From an uncultured delta proteobacterium (GTDB lineage: Bacteria; Desulfobacterota; Syntrophia; Syntrophales; UBA5619): DNA of 64,000 nucleotides. Position 1 is the stretch's first letter, and every line of letters begins with the position of its first letter. The position numbers were made by a program, and so were the translations under genes. The notes below the pieces were generated by a model, which saw only the letters and a list, made by a program, of their open reading frames with translations, did not search any database and was not told where the DNA came from. Location of the stretch: positions 1,440 to 65,439 of the forward strand of contig CAWJHT010000046.1 in NCBI GenBank assembly GCA_963842685.1, written 5' to 3'. Positions 9,865-20,146 of this stretch are shown here, one piece after another.

Positions 9865-10308
9865 ATGAAAACGGTTCCCCGGCTGACTCTGGATGATGCA
9901 CGCGTCATGATGGCCGCTGCAGAGAAGAAGGCATGCGAAATCGGTGTCGATATGGATATCGCCATCACCGACGACAGCGGCAGTCTCTTGATGTTTCATC
10001 GGATGGACAATGCACGCATCACCAGTATCGATATCGCGATCAGCAAGGCTTTTACGGCGGCGGCCGCACGCAAGTCCACACGCGCATACGGGGAGACAAG
10101 TATGCCGGGTGGTCCTTCCTACGGCATCCATGTCAGCAACCACGGACGTTTCATGATCGTACCCGGTGGTCTTCCCATTTTTGTCAACAACCAGATTGTC
10201 GGTGGAATCGGTTGCAGTTCAGGCCATTCCGACCAGGATGAGGTCGTCTCCCAGGCAGGCATTGATGCCCTACTTGCGTACTTGAAACAGTACACAAAGG
10301 AAGAAGGG
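9865..10308 (+). CDS. GlcG/HbpS-like (DUF336) heme-binding domain. It has no stop codon and runs in-frame into the EamA transporter.
   Basis: AGGAGG lies 8 nt upstream of the ATG at 9865. LTLDDARVMMAAAEKKACEIGVDMDIAITDDSGSLLMFHRMDNARITSIDIAISKAFTAAAAR...GGLPIFVNNQIVGGIGCSSG is typical DUF336. Confidence 0.75.
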
Positions 10309-11223
10309 GTGAATTTTTTCTTCCAGACAGACAAAGGAAAGAGGAGCAGCGCAACCGCTGCCGCCGTCGGTTCGATTCTCCTCTGGTGCACCAGCGGTGT
10401 CTGTTTTACCAGCGGATCGCGGCTCCTGGGACCGATGGCCTATCTGACGCTGATGACGGCAACCGGCGTGATCACGGTTGCCGTCCTGCAATTCTTCCGG
10501 CGACGCCCCTTGGGCGATCTGGTACGTCTTCCTTTCCGGGTCATCGTGGCCGGCTTCTGGGGAGTCGCTTTCTACACGGTCATCCTGGCATTCGCTTTCG
10601 GCACGGCCCCGGAACAGGCCATCGGACAAGTGAACCTCCTCAACTACCTCTGGCCGGTCTGGATCGTCCTTTTATCCGCACTCCTGATCCGGGAGAAGAT
10701 CCGCCCTCTCCCCATGGCGACCGGTGTCCTTTTAGGCTTTTCGGGAATCGTCACCGCCCGCGGCTGGTCGGATCTGCTCCGGATGCCGGAGGCGCCGCTT
10801 CCCCTGGCACTGGCGCTCCTGGGAGGCTTTCTCTGGGCCTGTTACAGTGTTCTACTCCGCCGCTGGCAGATCCCCGAGGAGCAGGGCGGAACGGCCTTTC
10901 ATTTCACCCTGTGCGCGATAATGGCCGCCGTTGTTGCAGGCTTCCGGGGGGAGTGGCAGAACCTGCCGCCGGTCGGCGCCGAAGCGTTATTCTGGGTGCT
11001 CTTCGGTGGAATCGGTCCGGTGGGACTCGCCTATCACTGGTGGGAGATCGGCGTGAAACGCGGCAACGTACCGCTGATCAGCACGCTTGCCTACTTCATC
11101 CCCATCGGATCGACCCTCCTGATATCCCTCCTCTTCCGGGAGTCCATGGGACCGGGACTGATACCCGGCTCCGTCCTGATTGCCGCAGGGGCATGGCTGG
11201 CCGGACGTTCCGCTTCCACCTGA
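10309..11223 (+). CDS. EamA/DMT-family transporter. The internal GTG start is assumed. As assembled it is fused to the GlcG domain.
   Basis: About 10 predicted TM helices, with paired EamA-like halves (ILLWCTSGVCF... and LWACYSVLLRR...). The GTG at 10309 is preceded by GGAAGAAGGGG. An out-of-frame TGA at 10310-10312 gives a GTGA overlap motif. Confidence 0.7.
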   Translation: MNFFFQTDKGKRSSATAAAVGSILLWCTSGVCFTSGSRLLGPMAYLTLMTATGVITVAVLQFFRRRPLGDLVRLPFRVIVAGFWGVAFYTVILAFAFGTAPEQAIGQVNLLNYLWPVWIVLLSALLIREKIRPLPMATGVLLGFSGIVTARGWSDLLRMPEAPLPLALALLGGFLWACYSVLLRRWQIPEEQGGTAFHFTLCAIMAAVVAGFRGEWQNLPPVGAEALFWVLFGGIGPVGLAYHWWEIGVKRGNVPLISTLAYFIPIGSTLLISLLFRESMGPGLIPGSVLIAAGAWLAGRSAST

Positions 11224-11433
11224 CAGTCATTTTCCTCGATCCATTTTAAAGCAACCCCTAAAAGGAATGCTTACGGAAATCGGTCCATCCAACAAATCAG
11301 CCTCTGCCGATTCGAACCGGCCTGTTCGGTATTACTTGACTTACCACTCCACTTTTCATACATTCACCGCACTAAGAGAGTTTATACCATCCCTGTTTTG
11401 TCTTTTGATTGACGCCCATTGGGAGGGCCGCGC

Positions 11434-12171
11434 ATGGGAAAAACCAAGAAACATTATGCCGTGGCCAGGGGGAGGAAGCCCGGCATCTACACCGACTGGT
11501 TCGGCCCGGAGGGCGCCGAGGAGCAGGTTCGCGGGTATGCCGGCGCCCTCTACAAGGGATTTGCCTCATTGACTGAGGCGCGGCGGTGGCTGGAAAATCC
11601 GGTATCCGCCGGGGGCACTTCCGATAAAGGGAACACCCTTAAAGTCCCTGCCGCCGGCCCGTCTCCCGGAGAGATCGCCATATATACCGACGGCGGCTGT
11701 CGCGGAAATCCGGGACCGGGGGGGTACGGCGTGATCATCGTCACGGGGGAAAAGCGGATTGAATTCGCCGAGGGCTTTCGGCTGACGACGAACAACCGCA
11801 TGGAGATGATGGCCTGCATCGCGGCGCTCAGGACGCTGAAAACACCGGCCGACGTCATCCTGTACAGTGATTCGCGGTACGTGGTCAACGGAATCGACAA
11901 GGGATGGGCCCGCAAATGGCGCGCCAACCGCTGGATGCGCACGAAAAGCGAAGCCGCCGAGAACAGCGATCTGTGGGCGCAGCTCCTGGATCTATGCGAT
12001 TCGCACCGGGTGCGGTTCGTCTGGGTGCACGGGCATGCCGGTCATCCCGAGAACGAGCGCTGCGACGAGCTCGCCACGGCAGCGGCTCAAGGCGCGGACC
12101 TGAAAGAGGATCGGGCTTATGTCCAGGGCCGCACCAGAATGTCGGGACTATCGCTGCACGGGGAGGATTGA
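11434..12171 (+). CDS. rnhA: Ribonuclease HI with an N-terminal hybrid-binding (RNase H1 N-terminal/viroplasmin-like) domain
   Basis: Intact. The N-terminus KKHYAVARGRKPGIYTDWFGPEGAEEQVRGYAGALYKGFASLTEARRWL is the hybrid-binding domain. After a linker comes the RNase H core: IYTDGGCRGNPGPGGYG, TNNRMEMMACIAAL, LYSDSRYV and WVHGHAGHPENERCDELA. Confidence 0.85.
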   Translation: MGKTKKHYAVARGRKPGIYTDWFGPEGAEEQVRGYAGALYKGFASLTEARRWLENPVSAGGTSDKGNTLKVPAAGPSPGEIAIYTDGGCRGNPGPGGYGVIIVTGEKRIEFAEGFRLTTNNRMEMMACIAALRTLKTPADVILYSDSRYVVNGIDKGWARKWRANRWMRTKSEAAENSDLWAQLLDLCDSHRVRFVWVHGHAGHPENERCDELATAAAQGADLKEDRAYVQGRTRMSGLSLHGED

Positions 12172-12188
12172 AGGAGGAAGTGGATATC

Positions 12189-13188
12189 ATGATCAAGAAA
12201 AGTAAATGGTCGGTTTTGGCCATCGCAGGCGGGTTGTTCATGACAAGCGCTGTTATGGACGCCGGTACGGCAGCAGCCGCTTACCCGGACAGGCCCATCA
12301 CCCTTCTGGTCGGTTTTGCTCCCGGCGGGAGCTTGGACCTGAGCGCCAGAGCCCTGGCCAATGCAGTGAAAAAAGTCACTGGAAATCCGGTCGTGATTGA
12401 AAACAAACCGGGCGGCACCGGAACGGTCGCTCTGTCCGCCATGCTCAGCCAGAATCCTGATGGTTACACCCTTTGCGCAACCCCCAGCTCGGTTTTGATC
12501 CGCGTCTCTCAGATGCAACAGGTTCCTTTCCGACCTTTAAAGAGCTTCAAGCCCATCATCGGCTATTGCACACCCCAACTGGGAATCGTAACGAAAAACG
12601 ATGCCCCCTGGAAGACCCTGAAAGATTTGGTGGACGACGCAGTGAAGCATCCCGGTAAGATAAAATATGCGACCACCGGCGTGGGAAGCACAACCCATGC
12701 CGCTGTGGAAGAAATCGCCGGCAAGGAAAAGGCGCAAATGATCCATGTGCCCTATAAAGGCAGCAACGAAGCGCTCATGGCCCTCTTGGGCGGGCATGTC
12801 GATTTCGGATCGCTGACCTCGGAATTCATTCCCTCGGTGAAGGCAGGTCAGAGCCGTTTACTGGCCACCATGAGCGACAAACGATCGCCGAAATTTCCCG
12901 GTGTTCCTACCTTGAAAGAAGCCGGTTATGATTTTGTCAACGATGCGGTTTATTCGATCGTCGGCCCGCACAATCTTCCCCGGGAAATTGTGGAAAAGCT
13001 GGAGAAGACCTTTGCCATGGCCATAGAAAATAAGGAATATCTCGAAACGCTCGACAGGATCGATCTGATTCCCGTATATCTACGACGGCAGGCAATTCGA
13101 AGATTTCCTGAAGAGCAACTGGGAAAAAATTAACAGACATTTGATCGCAAGCGGTCTGATTAAAAAAGCGGCGACACCATTGGAGTAA
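12189..13188 (+). CDS. tctC: Tripartite tricarboxylate transporter substrate-binding protein (TctC/Bug family), with one frameshift near 13080
   Basis: GGAGG upstream and a signal peptide (MIKKSKWSVLAIAGGLFMTSAVMDAGTAAA). Motifs YPDRPITLLVGFAPGGSLDLSARAL, NKPGGTGTV and VPYKGSNEALMALLGGHVD. The C-terminus resumes in another frame (YDGRQFEDFLKSNWEKINRHLIASGLIKKAATPLE) and ends at 13186-13188. Confidence 0.85.
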
Positions 13189-13219
13189 ATGTTGATTTAA
13201 GGTTGTTACAGACCGGCGA

Positions 13220-13690
13220 TTGGACGGGATGATGGATAAACGGGATCTTGTGGGCTGCGCTGTTTGGCTTATCCTCTCGGTTTTTGTCTTTACCGCTTCC
13301 CTTCGCCTGGGTGTCGGGGCGCTTCGCAGCCCCGGCCCCGGCTTCATTCCCTTCTGGGCAAGCATCGGTTTGGCTTTCTTTGCCTGCATCCTGCTGGCGG
13401 TTCAATCTGGCTGCAAAAAGCACAAGCCGTACGCCGGGAAAACGGTACGAAAGATTCAGACTGGGGAAATCATCTCATCGTGATTGCCGCGCTGACCCTC
13501 TACTGCCTGACCCTTCAGAAACTCGGTTATCTCCTCGCCACCTTCGGATTGATGATCGTGTTGTTTAGCCTGGGGAAAATGAAAGCCCTGGGCGATTATT
13601 CTCGGCTCCCTGATCACCTCTTTGTCCAGCTATGGCCTGTTTGCTTATTTTTTAGGAACACCGCTCCCCAGAGGGATTTTTGGCTTTTGA
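13220..13690 (+). CDS. tctB: Tripartite tricarboxylate transporter small membrane protein TctB, with about 2 frameshifts
   Basis: A 4-TM-like hydrophobic protein spread over 13220..13483, the 13264..13932 frame (HLIVIAALTLYCLTLQKLGYLLATFGLMIVLFSLG) and a third frame ending ...YFLGTPLPRGIFGF. It sits between tctC and tctA. Confidence 0.6.
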
Positions 13691-13717
13691 TCTTTTTTCA
13701 CAGGAGGGGAGTCTTCT

Positions 13718-15212
13718 TTGGATACTTTCAGCGGTTTGTTCCACGGTTTTTCGGTCGCTCTCCGCTTCGACAATCTCATCCTCGTATTTGCAGGCTGTTT
13801 TCTGGGGACATTGGTGGGCATCCTTCCGGGAATCGGCCCGGTCGGCGCCATTTCCATTCTGCTGCCCATCACCTTCCAGACTGGAACCGACAGGGGCGAT
13901 TATCATGCTGGCGGGAATTTATTACGGGGTGATGTATGGCGGTTCGACCACCTCTATCCTCGTCAATGTGCCGGGTGAAACCGCTTCGGTGGTCACCTGT
14001 CTGGACGGTTATCAGATGGCCCGTCAGGGCCGTGTCGGCCCGGCCTTGGGTATTGCCGCTTTCGGTTCCTTTATCGCCGGCACCGTAGGGTTGATCGGTC
14101 TGCAGCTCATTGCCGCTCCCCTGTCCAGAATGGCCTTGAAATTCGGTCCTCCCGAATACTTTGCCATCATCACGCTGGGATTCGTCTTCATTACGTACCT
14201 CTCCCACGGCTCCAGGCTCAAGGCCGTTATCATGGCGTTTGTCGGTCTGCTCCTGAGCAGTGTGGGTCTTGATCCCATCACTTCCGAACAGCGGATGACC
14301 ATGGGAATTCTAAATCTTTTTGAGGGTATCGGAGTGGCCCCGCTTGCCATGGGTCTGTTCGGAGTGGCGGAAGTGTTCAAGAACTTCGAAACCCTTGCTT
14401 CCGGAAACATCCTGAAAGTCAAAATCAAGAATCTATTCCCCACCAAATTGGACTGGCTGCAGGCCAGATGGGCCATCTTCCGGGGAACCTGCGTGGGATT
14501 TTTTCTGGGAATTCTGCCGGGAGGGGGGCCCGTGATTGCCACGTTCGTTGCCTACGGAGTGGAAAAGTGGGCGGCGAAAAATCCGGAGCGCTTGGGCACG
14601 GGGGCGATAGAAGGTGTTGCAGCTCCTGAATCGGCCAACAATGCCGCCGCCTCGACCTCCTTTATCCCCCTTCTCACGCTGGGCATCCCGCCCAACCCCG
14701 TGTTGGCGGTCCTTTTCGGGGCTTTCCTGATCCATGGGATATTGCCGGGTCCCCTCCTGATCAGGGATCATCCCGATATATTCTGGGGTGTGGTGGGCAG
14801 CATGTATATCGGCAATGTCGTCTTGCTGATCCTGAATTTGCCTTTGATCCCTCTGTGGGTCCAGGTGCTCAGGATTCCGGGTAAAATACTCTACCCTCTG
14901 GTCCTGCTTTTCTGCATTCTGGGGGCTTATGGCATCAACAATAACGTCTTCGATATCGTTGTGATGCTCGTCTTCGGAATTGTCGGTTATCTGTTAAAGA
15001 AAAAAGGGTATGAAGGCCCGCCCCTTATCCTGGCCTTTGTCCTCGGCCCCATGTTTGAAGTCAATCTCCGCCGATCCTTGCTGATTTCCCAGGGCAGCTT
15101 CTCCATCTTTCTTACGAGGCCCATAGCGCTGGGAGCGATCATCTGCTCCTTCCTTCTCGCGATAGTGCCCCTGTACCAATCATACCGGGGAAGCAAACGC
15201 TTTATTCAGTGA
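13718..15212 (+). CDS. tctA: Tripartite tricarboxylate transporter large permease TctA, with one frameshift near 13880
   Basis: The N-terminus lies in ORF 13718..13978 (MDTFSGLFHGFSVALRFDNLILVFAGCFLGTLVGILPGIGPVGAISILLPITF). The rest lies in ORF 13680..15212 (GIYYGVMYGGSTTSILVNVPGE..., AAPESANNAAA...). Confidence 0.85.
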
Positions 15213-15223
15213 CACCGCTTTAT

Positions 15224-15511
15224 TTATGATGCATTACCCTTGTTGACCCCTTCCTTCAATTCCTTCCCGACCTTGAAGTAAGGCAATTTCTTCGGGCCGA
15301 CCTGGACACGCTTCCCGGTTTTCGGATTTTTCCCCAGATAGGGAGGATAGTCGCGAACCGTAAAACTCCCGAATCCCCTGATTTCTATCCTCTCCCCCTT
15401 CCGAAGGGCATCCGTGAATCCCGAAAACACCAGATTTACGATTTCAAAGGCCTCAGGTTCCCGCAAGCCCTCCCTTTCGGACAGCGCCAGGATCAAGTCG
15501 GATTTCTTCAT
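15224..15511 (-). CDS. HU/IHF-family DNA-binding protein (IHF beta-like)
   Basis: Intact 95 aa starting at MKKSDL, with AAGGAG upstream. RIEIRGFGSFTVRDYPPYLGKNPKTGKRVQVGPKKLPYFKVGKEL is the family signature. Confidence 0.85.
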   Translation of the reverse strand: MKKSDLILALSEREGLREPEAFEIVNLVFSGFTDALRKGERIEIRGFGSFTVRDYPPYLGKNPKTGKRVQVGPKKLPYFKVGKELKEGVNKGNAS

Positions 15512-15524
15512 AGTCGTCTTCTCC

Positions 15525-15728
15525 TTAAGGTTGTTCTTTCGGCATGAATATCCACAACAGGATATAAAAGAGCAATCCCGTGCCAAAGCAAAAAAAGAGC
15601 AGGGAAAATATGACCCGCCATGTCCAGGAGGGGATCGGCGTGTGCTGGCCCAACCCCCCGCAGACGCCCCCTATCCAGCGGTCCTGCCTTGATCGGAAAA
15701 GCCTTCTCAACCAATTCTGCTCAGACAT
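15525..15728 (-). CDS. PspC-domain membrane protein
   Basis: RLFRSRQDRWIGGVCGGLGQHTPIPSWTWRVIFSLLFFCFGTGLLFYILLWIFMP is a canonical PspC domain with its TM helix. The start is either 15728 or 15743. Confidence 0.7.
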   Translation of the reverse strand: MSEQNWLRRLFRSRQDRWIGGVCGGLGQHTPIPSWTWRVIFSLLFFCFGTGLLFYILLWIFMPKEQP

Positions 15729-15991
15729 GTTCTCTCTTTTCATGTAAGGAAGATATCGAGTACTTTTACACACAAATGTCCTTCTTCGGCAAATACTATT
15801 CGCACAATATGTAGAAATATTTTCCACCGTCTCTTCATAATGAACACCGGCATAATCCCCCGACCTCACATCCGATCCGAATCCTTTTCCCTGCCGGCTC
15901 TCTAAAAAGTGTTGGAAATTTGCATTAAAAAAGTGATATCGTGATTCAGGCATTATAATGGCGCAAGATTCAAACTGTGGAGGAAACATAG

Positions 15992-17338
15992 ATGAACGCA
16001 TTTTTCAGCAAAAGGGCTCTTTTACTTTTCGCCTTTCTGACCGTCATGATCCTGCTCGGCCCGTACGGCGACAGCCGCGTCTCGGCCATCGACCGGAATA
16101 CTTACAGGAATCTCAAGACCTTCAGCGAGGTTCTGGACATGGTGGAGAAAAACTATGTGGAACCGGTGGAGAACGACAAGCTGATGCAGGGGGCGATCAA
16201 CGGGATGATCAAATCCCTCGATCCCCACAGCAGCTTCATGACCGCGGATATGTACAAGGAACTGGAGGTGGAGACCCGCGGCAGCTTCGGCGGGCTCGGG
16301 ATCGAGATCACCATTCTGAAAGATGTGCTCACCGTCGTCTCCCCGATCGAAGACACCCCCGCCTACATCGCCGGAATCAAGGCGGGCGACCAGATCATCA
16401 GGATCGACGGCAAATCGACCAAAGACATCACCATCACGGAAGCGGTCAAAAAGCTCCGGGGGCCCAAGGACACGAAGGTGACCATCACGATCATGCGCGA
16501 GGGGATGACCAAACCGAAGGATTTCGTGATCACCCGCAGCATCATCAAGATCAAGAGCGTCAAGTCAAAGCTCTACGACGATCAGATCGGCTACATCCGG
16601 ATTGCCTCATTTCAGGAACGGACGGTTGACGATGTGAAAAAAGCCCTCAAGGAGATCGAAGCAAAGGCCCGCCCCCTGAAGGGGATCGTTATCGACATGA
16701 GAAACAATCCCGGCGGTCTGCTCAACCAGTCCATAGAGGTGTCGGACCTCTTCCTGAAATCGGGGATCATCGTCTCCACACGCGGCCGGTCCAAGAACAT
16801 GGAAAGCAAAGCCATGGCGAAAGACGACGGGGACGAACCGACCTGCCCGATTGTCGTCCTCGTCAACGAGGGAACGGCCAGCGCCGCGGAGATCGTCTCC
16901 GGCGCCCTGCAGGACAACGGGCGGGCGGTGATCCTGGGGACACAGACCTTCGGCAAGGGCTCCGTGCAGACGGTCATCCCCCTGGAAGACGGCGCGGCCC
17001 TGAAGCTGACGACGGCCAAATACTATACCCCCAAGGGACGATCCATCCAGGCGGAGGGGATCACCCCCGACATCGTCGTGAAACTGATCCGGCCGGCTGA
17101 AGAGAAGAACGGCACCGAAGAACAGCTGATGCGGATCCGGGAGCGGGACCTGAAGGGCCATATCAAATCGGCCAAGGAACTTGAATCCAAACCGGAGGAT
17201 CCGAAAGAGGACCCGAAGAAGGATCCGAAGGGGGAAGCGAAGAAGGAAGTCGATAATCTGGACAAGGACAACCAGTTGAAGAATGCGATCGACATCCTGA
17301 AAAGCTGGGATATTCTCAAGAGAAACATGAAGGGATGA
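15992..17338 (+). CDS. Carboxy-terminal processing protease (S41 family, Ctp/Prc-like)
   Basis: Intact 448 aa with a signal/TM N-terminus and a PDZ domain (GGLGIEITILKDVLTVVSPIEDTPAYIAGIKAGDQIIRIDG). The S41 core reads DMRNNPGGLL, NEGTASAAEI and GTQTFGKGSVQ. The C-terminal tail is rich in K, E, D and P. Confidence 0.9.
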   Translation: MNAFFSKRALLLFAFLTVMILLGPYGDSRVSAIDRNTYRNLKTFSEVLDMVEKNYVEPVENDKLMQGAINGMIKSLDPHSSFMTADMYKELEVETRGSFGGLGIEITILKDVLTVVSPIEDTPAYIAGIKAGDQIIRIDGKSTKDITITEAVKKLRGPKDTKVTITIMREGMTKPKDFVITRSIIKIKSVKSKLYDDQIGYIRIASFQERTVDDVKKALKEIEAKARPLKGIVIDMRNNPGGLLNQSIEVSDLFLKSGIIVSTRGRSKNMESKAMAKDDGDEPTCPIVVLVNEGTASAAEIVSGALQDNGRAVILGTQTFGKGSVQTVIPLEDGAALKLTTAKYYTPKGRSIQAEGITPDIVVKLIRPAEEKNGTEEQLMRIRERDLKGHIKSAKELESKPEDPKEDPKKDPKGEAKKEVDNLDKDNQLKNAIDILKSWDILKRNMKG

Positions 17339-17360
17339 CCGGCGCCGGAATCCGGAATGC

Positions 17361-18284
17361 ATGCGTTTTTTGAAGCGTTTAAAGCGATTTCCTCTCTTCA
17401 CGGTCATGATCGTCGTTTCCCTGATCGTGACGGCGGCGGTCATCTTCCTGGAGCGGGACACACATCTGACCGATAAGAAGGCCATCCCCGACGGCAGGGA
17501 AGTGAGACCGCGGGAAAAGGCGTCCATACCGGAAACACCGGCGCGGGCCCCGGAAAGAGCTGAGACGCAGAGGGCCGGCAGATCGCCGTCATCATCGACG
17601 ATATCGGTTTCGACCTTCGCGTGGTGGAGGAACTGGCGCGGATCAGGGCGCCGATCGCCTTCGCCGTCCTCCCCTACGCCCCTCATGCGGCGGAGGCGGC
17701 CCGACTCCTCCATGGGGCGGGGAAGGAGATCCTCCTCCACCTGCCGATGGAACCCCGGTCCTACCCGGTGGAAGACCCCGGTGCGGGGGCGCTGTTCGCG
17801 AACATGGATGCCGGAGAGATCCGCAGGCAGATCGAAGACGAATCTGACTGCGGTACCTTATGCCTCCGGGGTAAACAACCACATGGGCTCGCTGTTCATG
17901 GAAAATGAGGCGGGGCTCTCCGTCGTCATGGAGGAACTCGCTAAGAGGAACCTCTTCTTTGTAGACAGCCGGACTACCCCCGATTCCCTGGGGAGGCAGG
18001 CGGCCGCCAGGGCCGGTGTCCGGTTCGCGGAACGGGCCGTCTTCATCGACCATCACCGTGGTTATTCAGCCGCTCTTGCGAACCTCACTCAGCCGCACCG
18101 GTCGGATTGGGAAAAGGGAAGGCCTCTGCTGCTGATCGGCCACCCCCATGATGAAACCATTCGGGCATTAGGAGAAGCCCAATCCCACTGGCACGAGGGG
18201 AAAATACAGGTGATCCCCATATCGGCTTTTATCAGTTTGCCCGGTGGAGCAGAAAAGAAAAATGCCCTTGTGAAATATCGGTAA
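17361..18284 (+). CDS. Divergent polysaccharide deacetylase family protein (YibQ-like), with about 2 frameshifts
   Basis: An N-terminal TM helix, then IAVIIDDIGFDLRVVEELARIRAPIAFAVLPYAPHAAEAARLLHGAGKEILLHLPMEP (frame of 17621..17908), then GVNNHMGSLFMENEAGLSVVMEELAKRNLFFVDSRTT. Frame switches fall near 17575 and 17850. Confidence 0.75.
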   Translation: MRFLKRLKRFPLFTVMIVVSLIVTAAVIFLERDTHLTDKKAIPDGREVRPREKASIPETPARAPERAETQRAGRSPSSSTISVSTFAWWRNWRGSGRRSPSPSSPTPLMRRRRPDSSMGRGRRSSSTCRWNPGPTRWKTPVRGRCSRTWMPERSAGRSKTNLTAVPYASGVNNHMGSLFMENEAGLSVVMEELAKRNLFFVDSRTTPDSLGRQAAARAGVRFAERAVFIDHHRGYSAALANLTQPHRSDWEKGRPLLLIGHPHDETIRALGEAQSHWHEGKIQVIPISAFISLPGGAEKKNALVKYR

Positions 18285-18315
18285 CTGTAAAATGCGACAG
18301 GAAGGACGTCTTAAA

Positions 18316-20035
18316 ATGATACAAATAGTTTTCCGTATAGACCGGCTCGGCTTCTTTTCACGATCCTGGTTCTGAGCGGATGCACTCTCTCCTCCGTCAG
18401 GCAGGACGCCTTCCCGCAAGCACCCGATCAGACGGCCCTGCGATCCTCCGCTTCCTTTCATTACGCACTTGGCGTCCTTCAGGCTCTCAATGACAATATG
18501 GAGGAGGCGATCCGGGAGATGGAAGAAGCCCGCCGACTCGATCCCTCATCCCCCTATCTCGCAAAGGAAGTCGCATCGCTCTATACGGAAAAGGGGGAGA
18601 CGGAAAAGGCCCTGGCGATCAGTAAAAAAACACTTGAGGCACATCCGGACGATATCGATACCCGCCTCCTTCTCGGGGGTATTTACCTGAATCAGAAGGA
18701 TTACCGGAGCGCCGCAGCGGAGTACCGGCGGGTGGTTGATCTGGACCCGAAGAATCTCACCGCCCGTTTCTATCTCGGGACGAGCCAGGCGGAATTGAAG
18801 CAGTTCGATGATGCCATCGCCTCGTTTAAAGAGCTGATCAACAGAGATCCGGACCATTTCATGGCGAATTATTATCTTGCCAGGATATTCGCCGATCTGA
18901 AGCGCTACGACGAGGCGGAGGCTCAATTCAAAAAGGCCCTGGCCCTCAGACCCCAGTTCGAAGCGGTCATGATCGATCTTGCCTCCCTTTACGAAAAACA
19001 GAAGAAGATCCCCGAGGCGATTCGAAGTATACAGGAATTACACATCCTTGTTCCCCGCCCGGCTCCAGGCCCGGATCAAGCTGGGAGAACTGTTCCTGCG
19101 GGAGCAGCGTTACACCGAGGCGGAAGAGGCGTTCCAGGAGATCCTTAAGCAAGATCCGGCAAACCGGGAGGCGCGTCTGACGCTGGGGCTCATCTACCTG
19201 GAAAGAGGTCAACAGGAAAAGGCCATCGAAAAGTTGGCTTCGCTGGTGCAGGAATCCCCGGGAGAATACCGTCTTGCTTATCTGCTCGGAACGACCTATG
19301 AAGAGACCGGCCTTTTTGAGAAGGCCCTTTTGATCCTGGAGGGGATCCCCGTTACGGCGGAGCAGTTCGCCAGCGCCCAGCTCCGCATCGCGATGATTTT
19401 AAAGAAACAGCAGCGGGTAAGCGAGGCCGTCGATTCCCTGCGCAAGGCCATCCGAAAGAAGCGGGACGCCCCGGGACTCTACGCCTATACTCGCTTCCCT
19501 TTATGAGGAGGATAAGAGATTCCCGGAAGCCGAAGAGATCCTCCGTGAGGGTCTCAGGACCATTCCCGACAGCGTCGATCTCCACTACAGCATGGGCGTT
19601 CTCTACGAAAAGACCGGCCGTTTTGAGGAGAGCATCTCCGCAATGCAGATGGTCCTGAAGCTCGATCCGGATCATGCGGAAGCCCTCAACTTCATCGGGT
19701 ACATGTACGCGGACCGGGGGATTCATCTCGACGAAGCGGAAAGGATGATCAAAAAGGCCCTCCAGCTGAAACCGGGAAACGGTTACATGACCGATTCGCT
19801 GGGATGGCTCTACTTCCGGAAAAACAGGCTGGATGAAGCCATCCGGTACCTTAAGGAGGCGTCAGAGGCCCTGCCCGAAGATGCGGCAATCCTCGATCAC
19901 CTCGGTGATGCCTATGTCCGCGCGGGAAAGATCCAGGAGGCCCTCGAAGTCTACAGACGCGCCATCCAGTTCAATCCCGAAAATGCACCCCTGAAGAAGA
20001 AGCTGGATGATCTGCTCGGAGGGAAGACCCCCTGA
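18316..20035 (+). CDS. TPR-repeat lipoprotein, with about 4 frameshifts
   Basis: Lipobox ILVLSGC near 18360. TPR units run continuously across ORFs 18498..19148, 18979..19506 and 19592..20035, with a further break near 19500-19590. Confidence 0.7.
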
Positions 20036-20146
20036 TCTTCCCTGATGGCCATCGCATTGAAAGTCGTCTTCCGACGATGCGGGCCTGTTATGAAATGCGA
20101 CTTTTCATGGCATACAAAAATACTTCCGCAACGAGGGTCATTCGGT

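Noticed and set aside
11306-11321. A tRNA T-arm-like hairpin, GCCG-ATTCGAAC-CGGC, in the intergenic region upstream of rnhA
   Set aside because: The stem is only 4 bp and the loop is 8 nt. No acceptor-stem complement, D-arm or anticodon arm can be built from the flanking sequence.
11904-12188. The upstream extension of the tctC ORF (track ORF 11904..13133), which overlaps rnhA
   Set aside because: The extension is Arg/Gly/Ala-rich antisense-type sequence inside the rnhA coding region. A GGAGG RBS and a signal peptide begin at 12189, which is the credible start.
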